Shown: positions 34,488 through 41,856, counted from the first letter of the stretch. The stretch is 64,000 bases of DNA from Limnohabitans sp. (GCF_044361645.1 NZ_JBIKIL010000003.1:2623-66622), one strand, 5' to 3'. The notes: a model not told the origin generated them from the sequence alone. Numbers and translations: made by a program.

Positions 34488-35495
34488 CTAGACGCTGAGC
34501 AAAGCATCCAAAGGGCTGGCTGTGCCACCCGCGGCCACCTTCAGCACATGGGTGTAAATCATCGTTGTCGAGACGTCAGAATGACCCAGCAACTCTTGCA
34601 CCGTGCGAATGTCGGTGCCCGACTGCAGCAAATGCGTGGCAAACGAGTGGCGCAGCGTGTGAACGGATACGGGTTTGACAATGCCCGCAGCCGCAACGGC
34701 CTTTTTTAAGGCGCGTTGCAAGCGCTCTTCAAACAAGTGGTGGCGGCGCTCCACGCCACTGCGAGGGTCAACCGACAGCGTGGGCGAAGGAAACATCCAA
34801 AACCAGCCCCACGTATCACCTACCTTGGGGTATTTGCTAGCCAAAGCGTGGGGCACATCCACACCACCCCGTTGCACTTGCCGATCAGCCTCCCACTGCG
34901 CCCGTGCCGCCAACATTTGCAAACGCAAGGCCGGTGCCAGCGAGCGGGGCAGCATCACCACGCGGTCTTTGGACCCTTTGGCCTCGCGCACGATGATGGC
35001 CTGACGCTCAAAATCCACGTCTTTTATCCGCAAGCGCATCCCCTCCATCAGCCGCATGCCCGTGCCGTACAGCAGCCGAGCCAGCAGCGCAGTCACGCCG
35101 TCCATCTGTGCCAAAAGACCAGCCACTTCGTCTTTGGTCAGCACCGACGGAATGCGCTTGGTCTGCTGAGGTCGACCAATGTTATTGAGCCAAGGTAAAT
35201 CAATGCCCAGCACCTCCCGGTACAAAAACAGCAGAGCACTGAGCGCTTGGTTGTGAGTGGAGGCCGACACCTTGCGCTCATTGGCCAGCATGGACAAAAA
35301 AGCTTCGACATCGGCCACACCCAACTCGCGCGGGTGACGCATGCCGCCTGACTGCGTGGCGCTCCAGCGGATAAAAAAACGAATCCAATAAAGGTAAGCT
35401 TTCTCGGTTTTGAGGCTATAGTGCATATACCGAACCCGCTCGCGCACCTGATCAAGCAAGCGGGTGGACTGCAAGGAAGGGGCACCGGGTTTCAT
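34488..35495 (-). CDS. intI: Integron integrase (IntI1/IntI3-like clade)
   Basis: [22 protein letters not shown]; LLYGTGMR; KGSKDR; integron-specific insert LASKYP...W.WFWMFPS...[11 protein letters not shown]; [12 protein letters not shown]; [16 protein letters not shown]. All catalytic R-K-H-R-H-Y residues are present. Confidence 0.96.
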   Translation of the reverse strand: MKPGAPSLQSTRLLDQVRERVRYMHYSLKTEKAYLYWIRFFIRWSATQSGGMRHPRELGVADVEAFLSMLANERKVSASTHNQALSALLFLYREVLGIDLPWLNNIGRPQQTKRIPSVLTKDEVAGLLAQMDGVTALLARLLYGTGMRLMEGMRLRIKDVDFERQAIIVREAKGSKDRVVMLPRSLAPALRLQMLAARAQWEADRQVQRGGVDVPHALASKYPKVGDTWGWFWMFPSPTLSVDPRSGVERRHHLFEERLQRALKKAVAAAGIVKPVSVHTLRHSFATHLLQSGTDIRTVQELLGHSDVSTTMIYTHVLKVAAGGTASPLDALLSV

Positions 35496-35508
35496 GGCAA
35501 ATTTATAC

Positions 35509-35524
35509 CTGTACAAAACCACAG
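35509..35524. promoter_or_regulatory. LexA (SOS) box CTGT-ACAAAACC-ACAG upstream of intI
   Basis: Matches CTGT-N8-ACAG and overlaps the intI -10, the arrangement established for SOS-regulated integrons. Confidence 0.85.
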
Positions 35525-35551
35525 TATACGAACCTGTAAGCCAAGGCGCAA
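35523..35551 (-). promoter_or_regulatory. PintI promoter TTGCGC-N17-TATACT
   Basis: Minus-strand hexamers at 35551-35546 and 35528-35523. Confidence 0.65.
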
Positions 35552-35577
35552 GCGGCTTGCGGCCATTTCATCCAAAA

Positions 35578-35636
35578 GATGTATCGACTGTGCCTGGATG
35601 TATCCACCGGGTTTTGCGGTCTACATCACGTTAGGC
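35578..35636 (+). other. attI recombination site
   Basis: Direct repeats GATGTATC at 35578 and 35597 (19-bp period), then core G/TTAGGC at 35630-35636 directly before the first cassette ORF. Confidence 0.8.
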
Positions 35637-35646
35637 CTCATATCAA

Positions 35647-36168
35647 ATGTTTCCTACTTCAATGAAGCTCAGTTTCTTCACCGCTGCACTGATCGCACTC
35701 TCTGTCATCACGGGTTGCGCAACTGCCCCTGCGGACGCTCCGAAGTTTTCAGCCGCTCCTGCGGCGCCTGAGGGCTTTGCCACCGTGTACGTTTTTCGGC
35801 TGAGTGCGCCCCCATTCTCAAGAGAAATTAAGTTGAGCATCGCGGGAAAGCCGTTGTTCGCCGCCACCGAACAGGCCTATACATGGGCGTACGTTCGTGC
35901 GGGCACTCACACGGTATATGCGGAGTGGCCGACTGAACTCTTCGGAAGCAAGCAATGGCCAGATGCATCCACGACGTTAGCCCTAGAAGCCGGTAAGTCT
36001 TACTTTGTCCGCGCCCTCGGAGATGTTGGAATTGTCTCGGGCGGGTTCCTGTCGGGCGGCTCTATTGTTCGGAGGAGCGGGCTCATCGTGCTTCCACAAG
36101 AGACAGGGCAAGCACAATTGATTGCCTGTTGTCGTTACATTAAGCCCGTCCTTAGCGTCGTCGAATGA
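35647..36168 (+). CDS. Gene cassette 1: DUF2846-like lipoprotein
   Basis: Lipobox VITGC, ATVYVFR, YTWAYVRAGTHTV; bounded by GTTAGGC (35630) and its complement GCCTAAC (36170). Confidence 0.7.
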   Translation: MFPTSMKLSFFTAALIALSVITGCATAPADAPKFSAAPAAPEGFATVYVFRLSAPPFSREIKLSIAGKPLFAATEQAYTWAYVRAGTHTVYAEWPTELFGSKQWPDASTTLALEAGKSYFVRALGDVGIVSGGFLSGGSIVRRSGLIVLPQETGQAQLIACCRYIKPVLSVVE

Positions 36169-36169
36169 G

Positions 36170-36224
36170 GCCTAACGAGTAAGGATAGGTCGCGCGAAGC
36201 CGCGACCTGATCCGTTTGTTGGAC
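36170..36224 (-). other. attC site in reverse orientation relative to attI
   Basis: Minus strand reads GTCCAAC-AAACG-GATCAGGTCGCG-GCTTCG-CGCGACCTATC-CTTACTC-GTTAGGC. The extra base (C on minus, G36209 on plus) marks the plus strand as the bottom strand. Confidence 0.75.
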
Positions 36225-36437
36225 GAGCCCGGTTCTGGGCGGTGGTTTGAGCCCTACAGAAAACATCTTTTTTGTCTTGCCTGTGCGATTGAGCATTCAC
36301 ATGGCTCAAGCGATCTGACGGCGTTGCGCCTTGTGCCATTGCGGCACTTTTGGGCCCTGTGTGGCTGTTTTTGGTCGCGCACATGCTCAGTGCTTTTGGG
36401 GCACTGTTGCGCAATCCTCAAGCTGAGATCGGGATTG

Positions 36438-36908
36438 TTACTGCTTCGTGGTGGCCTGACTGTGTTGCGGTGGCGGCGCATTGGTCGATGGCAAGATTCG
36501 GCGGCGCAGCACCCTCATGGCACCGGCGCAGCACGCGCACTTCCATTGCGCACGAGGCGTGGTCTGAGATGTCGCTGATGGGGTTGCGGTGCCACTTGGG
36601 CGCTTGAACACCAGCAACTTCAGCAAGGCGATCAGCCTTTTGCTGTTCGGATGCAAGAAACCAAAGTTGCGCGCCCTTCTAAAGCCTTTGGGCAAAACAT
36701 GCTGCATCACCAGACGCAGAAACTGCGCGCCACTCACGGTGCGCGTGGTCAGGCGTTTGGTTTTGCTGTCGCGCCAACGGTAGGTGACGTTGTTGCCGTC
36801 GCAGCGCAAGATGTCCTTCTCCTGAATGACGCCCCGGTACAAATAGCGGCCCAAGTAGATGATGGCCTTGTGACCACTGCCCACACTCTTGCAATCGACC
36901 ACCCACAC
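36438..36908 (-). pseudogene. IS91-family (Y2 HUH) transposase, C-terminal remnant
   Basis: WVVDCKSVGSGHKAIIYLGRYLYRG (YxxxY), VTYRWRD, FLRLVMQHVLPKGFRRARNFGFL, C-terminal CACC..M. The N-terminal Zn/HUH part is absent. Confidence 0.82.
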
Positions 36909-36997
36909 TGCGGTTCCTCCCCGATGACGTCAGGCTGCGATTGTGGACATGGCAAGATCATTTCGACCCAATAAAAAGCGAGCGCACATGACACGCT

Positions 36998-37054
36998 CGC
37001 TAACCCGTTGCTCCATCGAACGGCTTCGTAGCCCGCTGAGTGCCAACGCTAAAC
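36998..37054 (+). other. Degenerate attC (core GTT mutated to GCT)
   Basis: CGCTAAC-CCGTT-GCTCCA...GCTGAGT-GCCAAC-GCTAAAC. Restoring GTTAAAC gives the exact complement of the next cassette's inverse core GTTTAAC (37615). Confidence 0.6.
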
Positions 37055-37106
37055 CGCAGAAGAAATATTGGTTGTTGCCAATACGTTTTGTATATACACT
37101 TGCCGC

Positions 37107-37382
37107 ATGGAGTTCACTTGGTCTGAAACGAAGCGTGCAGCGAACATCAAAGCCCATGGGCTTGACTTCCTGGATGCCGCGAGCGTTTTTGAAGGCGTGA
37201 CATTTACGTTCGAGGATGACCGTTTTTCCTACGGCGAGCAACGCTTCGTTACGCTGGGCTTGCTCGCTGGCATCACTGTTTCAGTCGTACATACGGAGAA
37301 TGAACATGAAATCCGCGTCATCTCTTTCCGAAAAGCAACCAAGCGCGAGTCGCAAATCTACTTCGATGAAATCCAAAACTGA
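37107..37382 (+). CDS. brnT: BrnT family toxin (cassette)
   Basis: MEFTWSETKRAANIKAHGLDFLDA, YGEQRFVTLG, RVISFRKATKRE. Confidence 0.92.
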   Translation: MEFTWSETKRAANIKAHGLDFLDAASVFEGVTFTFEDDRFSYGEQRFVTLGLLAGITVSVVHTENEHEIRVISFRKATKRESQIYFDEIQN

Positions 37383-37620
37383 TTGGGCGCGCCTGAAGTC
37401 CGGTGCGGGCGAACAAAAGCCGGCCCCCGAGCACCCAGAGGCGAACGTAAAGCACATTGTTCGCGGTTTGGTTCGCAAGGGTTTGAAGCCGCTACCTGCC
37501 AAAGCATCCATTTCGCTGCGCGTGGATCAAGATGTGCTCGAATGGTTCAAGGCTCAAGGAGCGGGCTATCAGACGCGCATTAATACAGTTCTGAGGGCCT
37601 TCCGTGACGCTTCGGTTTAA
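37366..37620 (+). CDS. brnA: BrnA family antitoxin (cassette)
   Basis: TDWARL, ISLRVDQDVLEWFKAQGAGYQTRINTVLR; the stop TAA overlaps the attC inverse core. An upstream start at 37303 is possible. Confidence 0.9.
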   Translation: MKSKTDWARLKSGAGEQKPAPEHPEANVKHIVRGLVRKGLKPLPAKASISLRVDQDVLEWFKAQGAGYQTRINTVLRAFRDASV

Positions 37621-37701
37621 CAGGCTGCTCGTCACGTACACGCAGCAGCAGCTTGCCCCTGCGCGGCGCTTGTTGCGTGCCGGACAGCGCCAACTTTATG
37701 C
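37615..37701 (+). other. attC of the BrnTA cassette with dead core (GTT to TTT)
   Basis: GTTTAAC-AGGCT-GCT(C)GTC...GACAGC-GCCAAC-TTTATGC; canonical 5/6-nt spacers and extra C in L''. Confidence 0.72.
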
Positions 37702-37718
37702 GATACCAAAACCACCCC

Positions 37719-38105
37719 ATGCCGCAATCCACCGCAGTTGAAGTTGCAAAAGAGTTTTGGCGCCTTATGGCGAGCAATGACTTCCAAGCAGTCAGTGCTG
37801 TCCTGGCCCCCAACTTTGTACTCGAATGGCCTCAATCGAAGGAACGCATTCGCGGTGCCGAACGGTTCGCACAAATGAACCAGGAGTACCCGGCGCATGG
37901 CCACTGGAAGTTCACAGTCAATCGGCTTGTAGGCTCAGAGTCGGAGGCCGTGTCCGAGGTCGAAGTCACAGACGGAGTTCAAAAGGCCAGGGCCATCACC
38001 TTCTTTACCGTCCAGCAAGGCAAAGTCACACGGCTTGTCGAGTTTTGGCCCGAGCCTTATGCGCCTCCAGCCAATAGGGCGCACCTCGTAGAGGCAATGG
38101 AATGA
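37719..38105 (+). CDS. Gene cassette: SnoaL/NTF2-like protein
   Basis: VLAPNFVLEWPQSKERIRGAERFAQMNQEYP, FFTVQQGKVTRLVEFWPEP; followed by GCCTAAC. Confidence 0.8.
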   Translation: MPQSTAVEVAKEFWRLMASNDFQAVSAVLAPNFVLEWPQSKERIRGAERFAQMNQEYPAHGHWKFTVNRLVGSESEAVSEVEVTDGVQKARAITFFTVQQGKVTRLVEFWPEPYAPPANRAHLVEAME

Positions 38106-38121
38106 GCGTGCACGCAGAAGC

Positions 38122-38175
38122 GCCTAACGAGTAAGGACAGGTCGCACGTAGCCGCTTTTCTGTCCGTTTGTTGGC
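38122..38175 (-). other. Second reverse-oriented attC of the same family as 36170-36224
   Basis: 31/34 identity over the left part and an identical TCCGTTTGTTGG; GGACAG/CTGTCC arms; inner stem degenerate. Confidence 0.65.
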
Positions 38176-38776
38176 GTGCGCCCGGCATGGGCGCACACCT
38201 GTGGGTGCAAGTCCCGCCGCGAGCTGGTCACAGCGAGCTTGAGTGTTGCGCAACTGCATGAGGGTGACCGAGTGTGGGAAGGCAAGCGTGGCGCGTAAAC
38301 CGCGAGTCGATGAACAAAAATCGCATAGAAGGCGCTGCCAAGCAGGGCGAGCAAGCGCCAATTTGCAAAGCTCTTGTGACCAAGGCGAAGTGGCGTAGAT
38401 GCGGCGATTGTGCGGTGAAGGTGTGCGTTCTTACCCGGGGAGATCTCGCCCTACGGCTGAAAGGCCGACGGTGCAAGCCGCAAGCGAGAAGTCAGCAGAG
38501 ACCGTAGCAGTGGGCGTACGGGGTCGACGTGGCACAAAGAAATCCACGAAGGCCAAACGGTTGACGTCAATCAGGCGTTAGAGAGTGACTGAAGACATGC
38601 AAAGCCGCAAAGTCATGCGTCAGATGCTGGGGCAACCCGGGCTGGCAGGGAGGAAGCCCGGTGAAGCTGGGTGTGAGCCTGCCAGTGACGAAACTGGAGG
38701 GACGTTGCATGAGCACCCAGGCACAGGGTCAGCAAAGTCGATGGTCTTAACAGGTGGCCTGCTGGAGGCGGCGCTG
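38176..38776 (+). mobile_element. Group II intron, class C type, 5' fragment only (domains I to start of IV)
   Basis: Starts GTGCGCCCGGCATGGGCGC; GGGTGCAAGTCCCG; GTTCTTACCCGGGGAGATCT; GAGAAGTCAGCAGAGACCGTAG; IEP leader follows. No RT motifs or domain V seen. Confidence 0.8.
38597..38776 (+). pseudogene. N-terminal stub of the group II intron-encoded RT/maturase
   Basis: MQSRKVMRQMLGQPGLAG..GEAGCEPASDE...GTGS...LLEAAL, then unrelated sequence and a stop at 38812. Confidence 0.65.
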
Positions 38777-38952
38777 CTCATGCGCTGGGTAAGATGCGGT
38801 GATGACTGCTAAAAAGTTCTCAAATGCAGACACAAAGAGACTTTTGTAGGTATCCAGACAGACCATAATCTGCCTCTAACTTGGAACTTGAGAGTTGAAA
38901 GCATCAATCCCCTTTCTGAAGAAAGACTCACCACCGCCTTTGATGCGGTTTC

Positions 38953-39030
38953 GCTCAACATGGTTCATCAACCGCGAATGACGTCATCGCCGCTGGCGGG
39001 CCTTGCTGGCGCGGTGGATAAACGCTAGGT
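38953..39030 (+). other. Possible degenerate attC (core GCTAGGT)
   Basis: GCTCAAC...GTTCATCAACCGCG / CGCGGTGGATAAAC arms (12/14), then GCTAGGT just before the next ORF. Confidence 0.4.
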
Positions 39031-39065
39031 GTGAAACCACTTTTTGCGGCATTGAATCTATGCAT

Positions 39066-39461
39066 ATGCGATACGCACTCTGGCCCATTTTTCTCGTTGC
39101 CGCCGCGTCTGGTGCTGCCGCAGAAGAATCGTGCGGCATGCACGCCGTGAGTCTTCTTGCGGAAGGCAAGACTGAGGAACTGGCAGCCTTGTTCACAATC
39201 CAGTCCGAGGTTGTTGAGCCTTTGCAGCGCACGGTAGAAAGCCTCGGAAAAATTACGAACATCAAAGCAGCTTCGACTGCTCGCTTCGCTCAGCACAAGC
39301 GCATTTCAATTCAATCGAAAGATTTGCCGCCATCTTACAAATACCAGGGTTACTGGATCAACGCGCGCTCGGAGAGGCTCGGCGCGTTGCAATTTCATAT
39401 TGCTCGCGCACCTGAATCCGCCTGCAGACTGCTTGCGCTTCACATGGACACTGCGCCGTGA
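39066..39461 (+). CDS. Gene cassette: secreted hypothetical protein
   Basis: Signal peptide MRYALWPIFLVAAASGAAA; two Cys; flanked by attC-like remnants. Confidence 0.65.
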   Translation: MRYALWPIFLVAAASGAAAEESCGMHAVSLLAEGKTEELAALFTIQSEVVEPLQRTVESLGKITNIKAASTARFAQHKRISIQSKDLPPSYKYQGYWINARSERLGALQFHIARAPESACRLLALHMDTAP

Positions 39462-39489
39462 ATTTGATGCGATGCAAGCGACGGGCGTG

Positions 39490-39540
39490 GTTTAACCAGT
39501 TGCTGGTCACGGACAAGCAGCATCAGAATGCCGCCGCCGG
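39490..39540 (+). other. Left half of an attC similar to the 37615 site
   Basis: GTTTAAC-CAGTT-GCTGGTCACGGACAAGCAGCATCAG parallels GTTTAAC-AGGCT-GCTCGTCACGTACACGCAGCAGCAG; right arm and core not found. Confidence 0.5.
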
Positions 39541-39776
39541 AACGTGTCAATGACTTTGCTGCACCTTGCTTCATAAATTGACGCTGCAGGGCTGTTCTGT
39601 GATTGACGTCAACTGGCATCACGTCGAGGCGAAACCCGAATGAGCCTTCGCTGTTGAGGCCGTCCAAGCCCTCCAACTGAGCTTGGATGCTTGCGGATGA
39701 GATACCGCCGACGTATTGACAACAGCTACACCCGTGCCTGCCATTCGTAGCCACTGCATACACACGAAAGGTCACC

Positions 39777-40049
39777 ATGCGCGCCGCAGCCATCAATTTG
39801 CGTGCCTTGCCGGAACAGCGAGATCTCATTGATCACGCCGCCACCCTGCTGGGCAAGAACCGTTCTGACTTCATGCTGGAAGCCGCTTGTGAGCGTGCGC
39901 AATCGGTATTGCTCGACCAAGTGTTTTTTGGACTGGATGCGGAAAAGTTCCAGCAGTTCACCGCCCTGCTCGACGCGCCGCCCAGTGCCAATGCGGGTCT
40001 TGAGCGGCTGATGGCCGTCAAGGCCCCGTGGGACAGTCAAGCCACATGA
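39777..40049 (+). CDS. DUF1778 (RHH) antitoxin of a GNAT TA system
   Basis: AINLRA.PEQRDLIDHAATLLGKNRSDFMLEAACERAQSVLLDQ.FF.LD.EKF..F..LLD.PP. Confidence 0.92.
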   Translation: MRAAAINLRALPEQRDLIDHAATLLGKNRSDFMLEAACERAQSVLLDQVFFGLDAEKFQQFTALLDAPPSANAGLERLMAVKAPWDSQAT

Positions 40050-40540
40050 GCTTGAGCCTGTCAGCCCCGCAGCCACTGGCGGCTGCGCACCTGTTGGGCG
40101 ACTTCGAGTGCGGTGAGCCTGCGCTGGATGAGTGGCTGAAACGCCGGGCGCTGAACAACCATCTGAGCGGGGCCAGCAGGACCTTTGTGGTCGTTGACGA
40201 TGAACAGCGGGTGCGCGGTTTTTATGCCTTGGCCGCTGGCGCGGTCGTGCACCAGATGGCCACCCCTTCGGTGCGGCGCAACATGCCCGACCCGATTCCC
40301 GTCATGGTGCTGGGCAGGCTAGCGGTGGATCGTCGGTCACAAGGCATGCAACTGGGAGCGGCACTGTTGCAGGACGCGGTCCATCGCGCCATTGCCGTGT
40401 CGCAAAACACCGGCGTTCGCGCCTTGCTGGTTCATGCGCTGCACGAACAGGCCAAAGCGTTTTATAAGCACTACGGGTTTCAGGAATCGCCAACACACCC
40501 CATGACGCTGATGTTGCGCCTGAACAGCGTCAAGGCTTGA
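40046..40540 (+). CDS. GNAT acetyltransferase toxin (TacT/AtaT-like)
   Basis: FECGEPALDEWL, GFYAL, LGRLAVD...G..LG..LL, LLVHAL.E.AKAFY..YGF; ATGA overlap with the antitoxin. Confidence 0.92.
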   Translation: MSLSLSAPQPLAAAHLLGDFECGEPALDEWLKRRALNNHLSGASRTFVVVDDEQRVRGFYALAAGAVVHQMATPSVRRNMPDPIPVMVLGRLAVDRRSQGMQLGAALLQDAVHRAIAVSQNTGVRALLVHALHEQAKAFYKHYGFQESPTHPMTLMLRLNSVKA

Positions 40541-40554
40541 TTTTCCCCACAGGG

Positions 40555-40955
40555 CCGGCACCAGTCCTAGCCAGACGCAGAATGGGTGCCCGCCGGCAAA
40601 GTCTCGGCCTTTCTCCACTGTGGCCGCAGTGGCAGTGGCAGTGGCAGTGGCAGTGGCAGTGGTCGGGCCAATGCCTGCGAACTGCATCAGTTGGCGTGAT
40701 CACACATCTTCTTTGGTGGCTTGCTCAATGTGGTGGTCATACTGCTTGACACGTTCATCCCAGAGGCTCAACTCGCTCAGTGCATCGGCTGCGTCGGTGT
40801 TGCACCAGCCGGGCAAGTCTTCGCGGTGCATGTGCGCATGGCAGCGCACAGTGGCAGCTTTCAGAGGCAGCACAATGCCCAATTCAGACAACAGTCCTGA
40901 ATGCGATGGATCAGCGCAGTGCGTTGTTCCACATTCCACATAAGCTGGGCCCCTC
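40555..40955 (-). pseudogene. IS110/IS1111-family transposase internal fragment
   Basis: VEQRTALIHRI / GLLSELGIVLPLKAATVR...EDLPGW.N...D.RVKQYD.HI...D.*SRQLM...GIGPTTATA...WLGLVP; frameshift, in-frame TGA at 40700-40702, both ends missing. Confidence 0.8.
40626..40661. repeat. Hexamer microsatellite (GCAGTG)x6 inside the IS110 remnant
   Basis: Six exact copies; reads TATATATATAT in the transposase frame. Confidence 0.95.
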
Positions 40956-40977
40956 GTGCCACTTGGGCGCTCCCCAA

Positions 40978-41055
40978 GTGCCAGGCATGCGTGAGTCGAC
41001 CAAAGAAGGCATGGCCCAAGCACCGGACACATGCGCCAAGGCGCTCGACGGGTGA
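40978..41055 (+). pseudogene. C-terminal remnant of a YefM/Phd-type antitoxin
   Basis: VPGMRESTKEGMAQAPDTCAKALDG*; the stop overlaps the GTG of the YoeB-like toxin. Confidence 0.65.
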
Positions 41056-41315
41056 GCTGGAAAGTTTTTGATGCCAAGCACGCATAAAAAGAAGCGCAGA
41101 AACTGTCAGCCAGCGGGCTGAAGGGCAAAGCCCAAGAACTGCTGGCCATCATCCAAGAAAACCCATTTCAAAATCCACCCCCTTATGAAAAGCCCGTAGG
41201 CGATCTATCGGACGCCTGTTCATGGCGAATCAATATCCAGCATCGCCTTGTGTACGAAGTTCTCCAGGAGCAAAAAATCGTCAAAGTTCTTCGCATGTGG
41301 TCACACCATGAATAA
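41052..41315 (+). pseudogene. Txe/YoeB family toxin with a premature stop
   Basis: MSWKVFDAKHA*KEAQKLSASGLKGKAQELLAIIQENPFQNPPPYEKPVGDLSDACSWRINIQHRLVYEV...VLRMWSHHE; TAA at 41085-41087. Confidence 0.85.
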
Positions 41316-41393
41316 GCGGCGCAACGGTATGAATCGCACCGGATTTTGTGGAAGCAGCTTGGATGTTGCCGACGAATCCGCTAGAGTCGAAGG

Positions 41394-41633
41394 ATGGCAC
41401 CTACCGTTGTACGCGATGGACCTTACCGGTTGTTCTTCTTCTCCTGATAAGAGCCAAGCATCCACTTCCATGTCGCACATCCAGATGGAGAGGCCAAGTT
41501 CTGGCTGACCCCCGTTGTTCACTTGGCGACATCCACGGGCCTGTCACCCCGCCAGATCACTGACGCGCAAGGCGTTGTTCAAGCACACATGAAGGAAATT
41601 GAAGATGCATGGAACCATCACTTTGGCGGCTGA
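41394..41633 (+). pseudogene. DUF4160 family protein (toxin of the DUF4160-DUF2442 pair) with tandem stops
   Basis: MAPTVVRDGPYRLFFFS**EPSIHFHVAHPDGEAKFWL...EIEDAWNHHFGG; TGA-TAA at 41445-41450. Confidence 0.8.
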
Positions 41634-41856
41634 GGTCACCAACATCTCTCGCCATGGCTTCTGGATGCGCCTTGGCGACGAGGAGTTGCTGTTGTCCTAT
41701 GAACAATTCCCCTGGTTTAAACAAGCCACGGTGGCGCAAATCACCCACGTTGAGCGTCCTACTCCAGATCACCTTTATTGGCCGAGCCTGGACATAGACC
41801 TATCCGTTAGCGCTATTCGCAGGCCCCAAGATTTTCCGCTCATGTCGCGCAGCTGA
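41605..41856 (+). CDS. DUF2442 family protein (partner of DUF4160)
   Basis: EVTNISRHGFWMRLGDEELLLSYEQFPWFKQAT...HLYWPSLDIDLSV. Confidence 0.82.
   Translation: MHGTITLAAEVTNISRHGFWMRLGDEELLLSYEQFPWFKQATVAQITHVERPTPDHLYWPSLDIDLSVSAIRRPQDFPLMSRS

Noticed and set aside
35385-35425. Pc-type cassette promoter inside intI at the position equivalent to class 1
   Set aside because: The equivalent hexamers read TAAAGG and GAGGCT, and the nearby TATAGT has no usable -35. No Pc can be supported.
38874-38900. CTCTAAC as an attC inverse core
   Set aside because: No complementary arms or downstream GTT core at attC spacing.
39440-39829. 129-aa minus-strand ORF
   Set aside because: It overlaps an attC remnant, the TA upstream region (TTGACA at 39716) and the antitoxin start; no motifs.
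40700-41152. 150-aa minus-strand ORF as a real gene
   Set aside because: It is a chimera: the N-terminal part is antisense to the YoeB/YefM remnants and only the C-terminal part is IS110 sequence.
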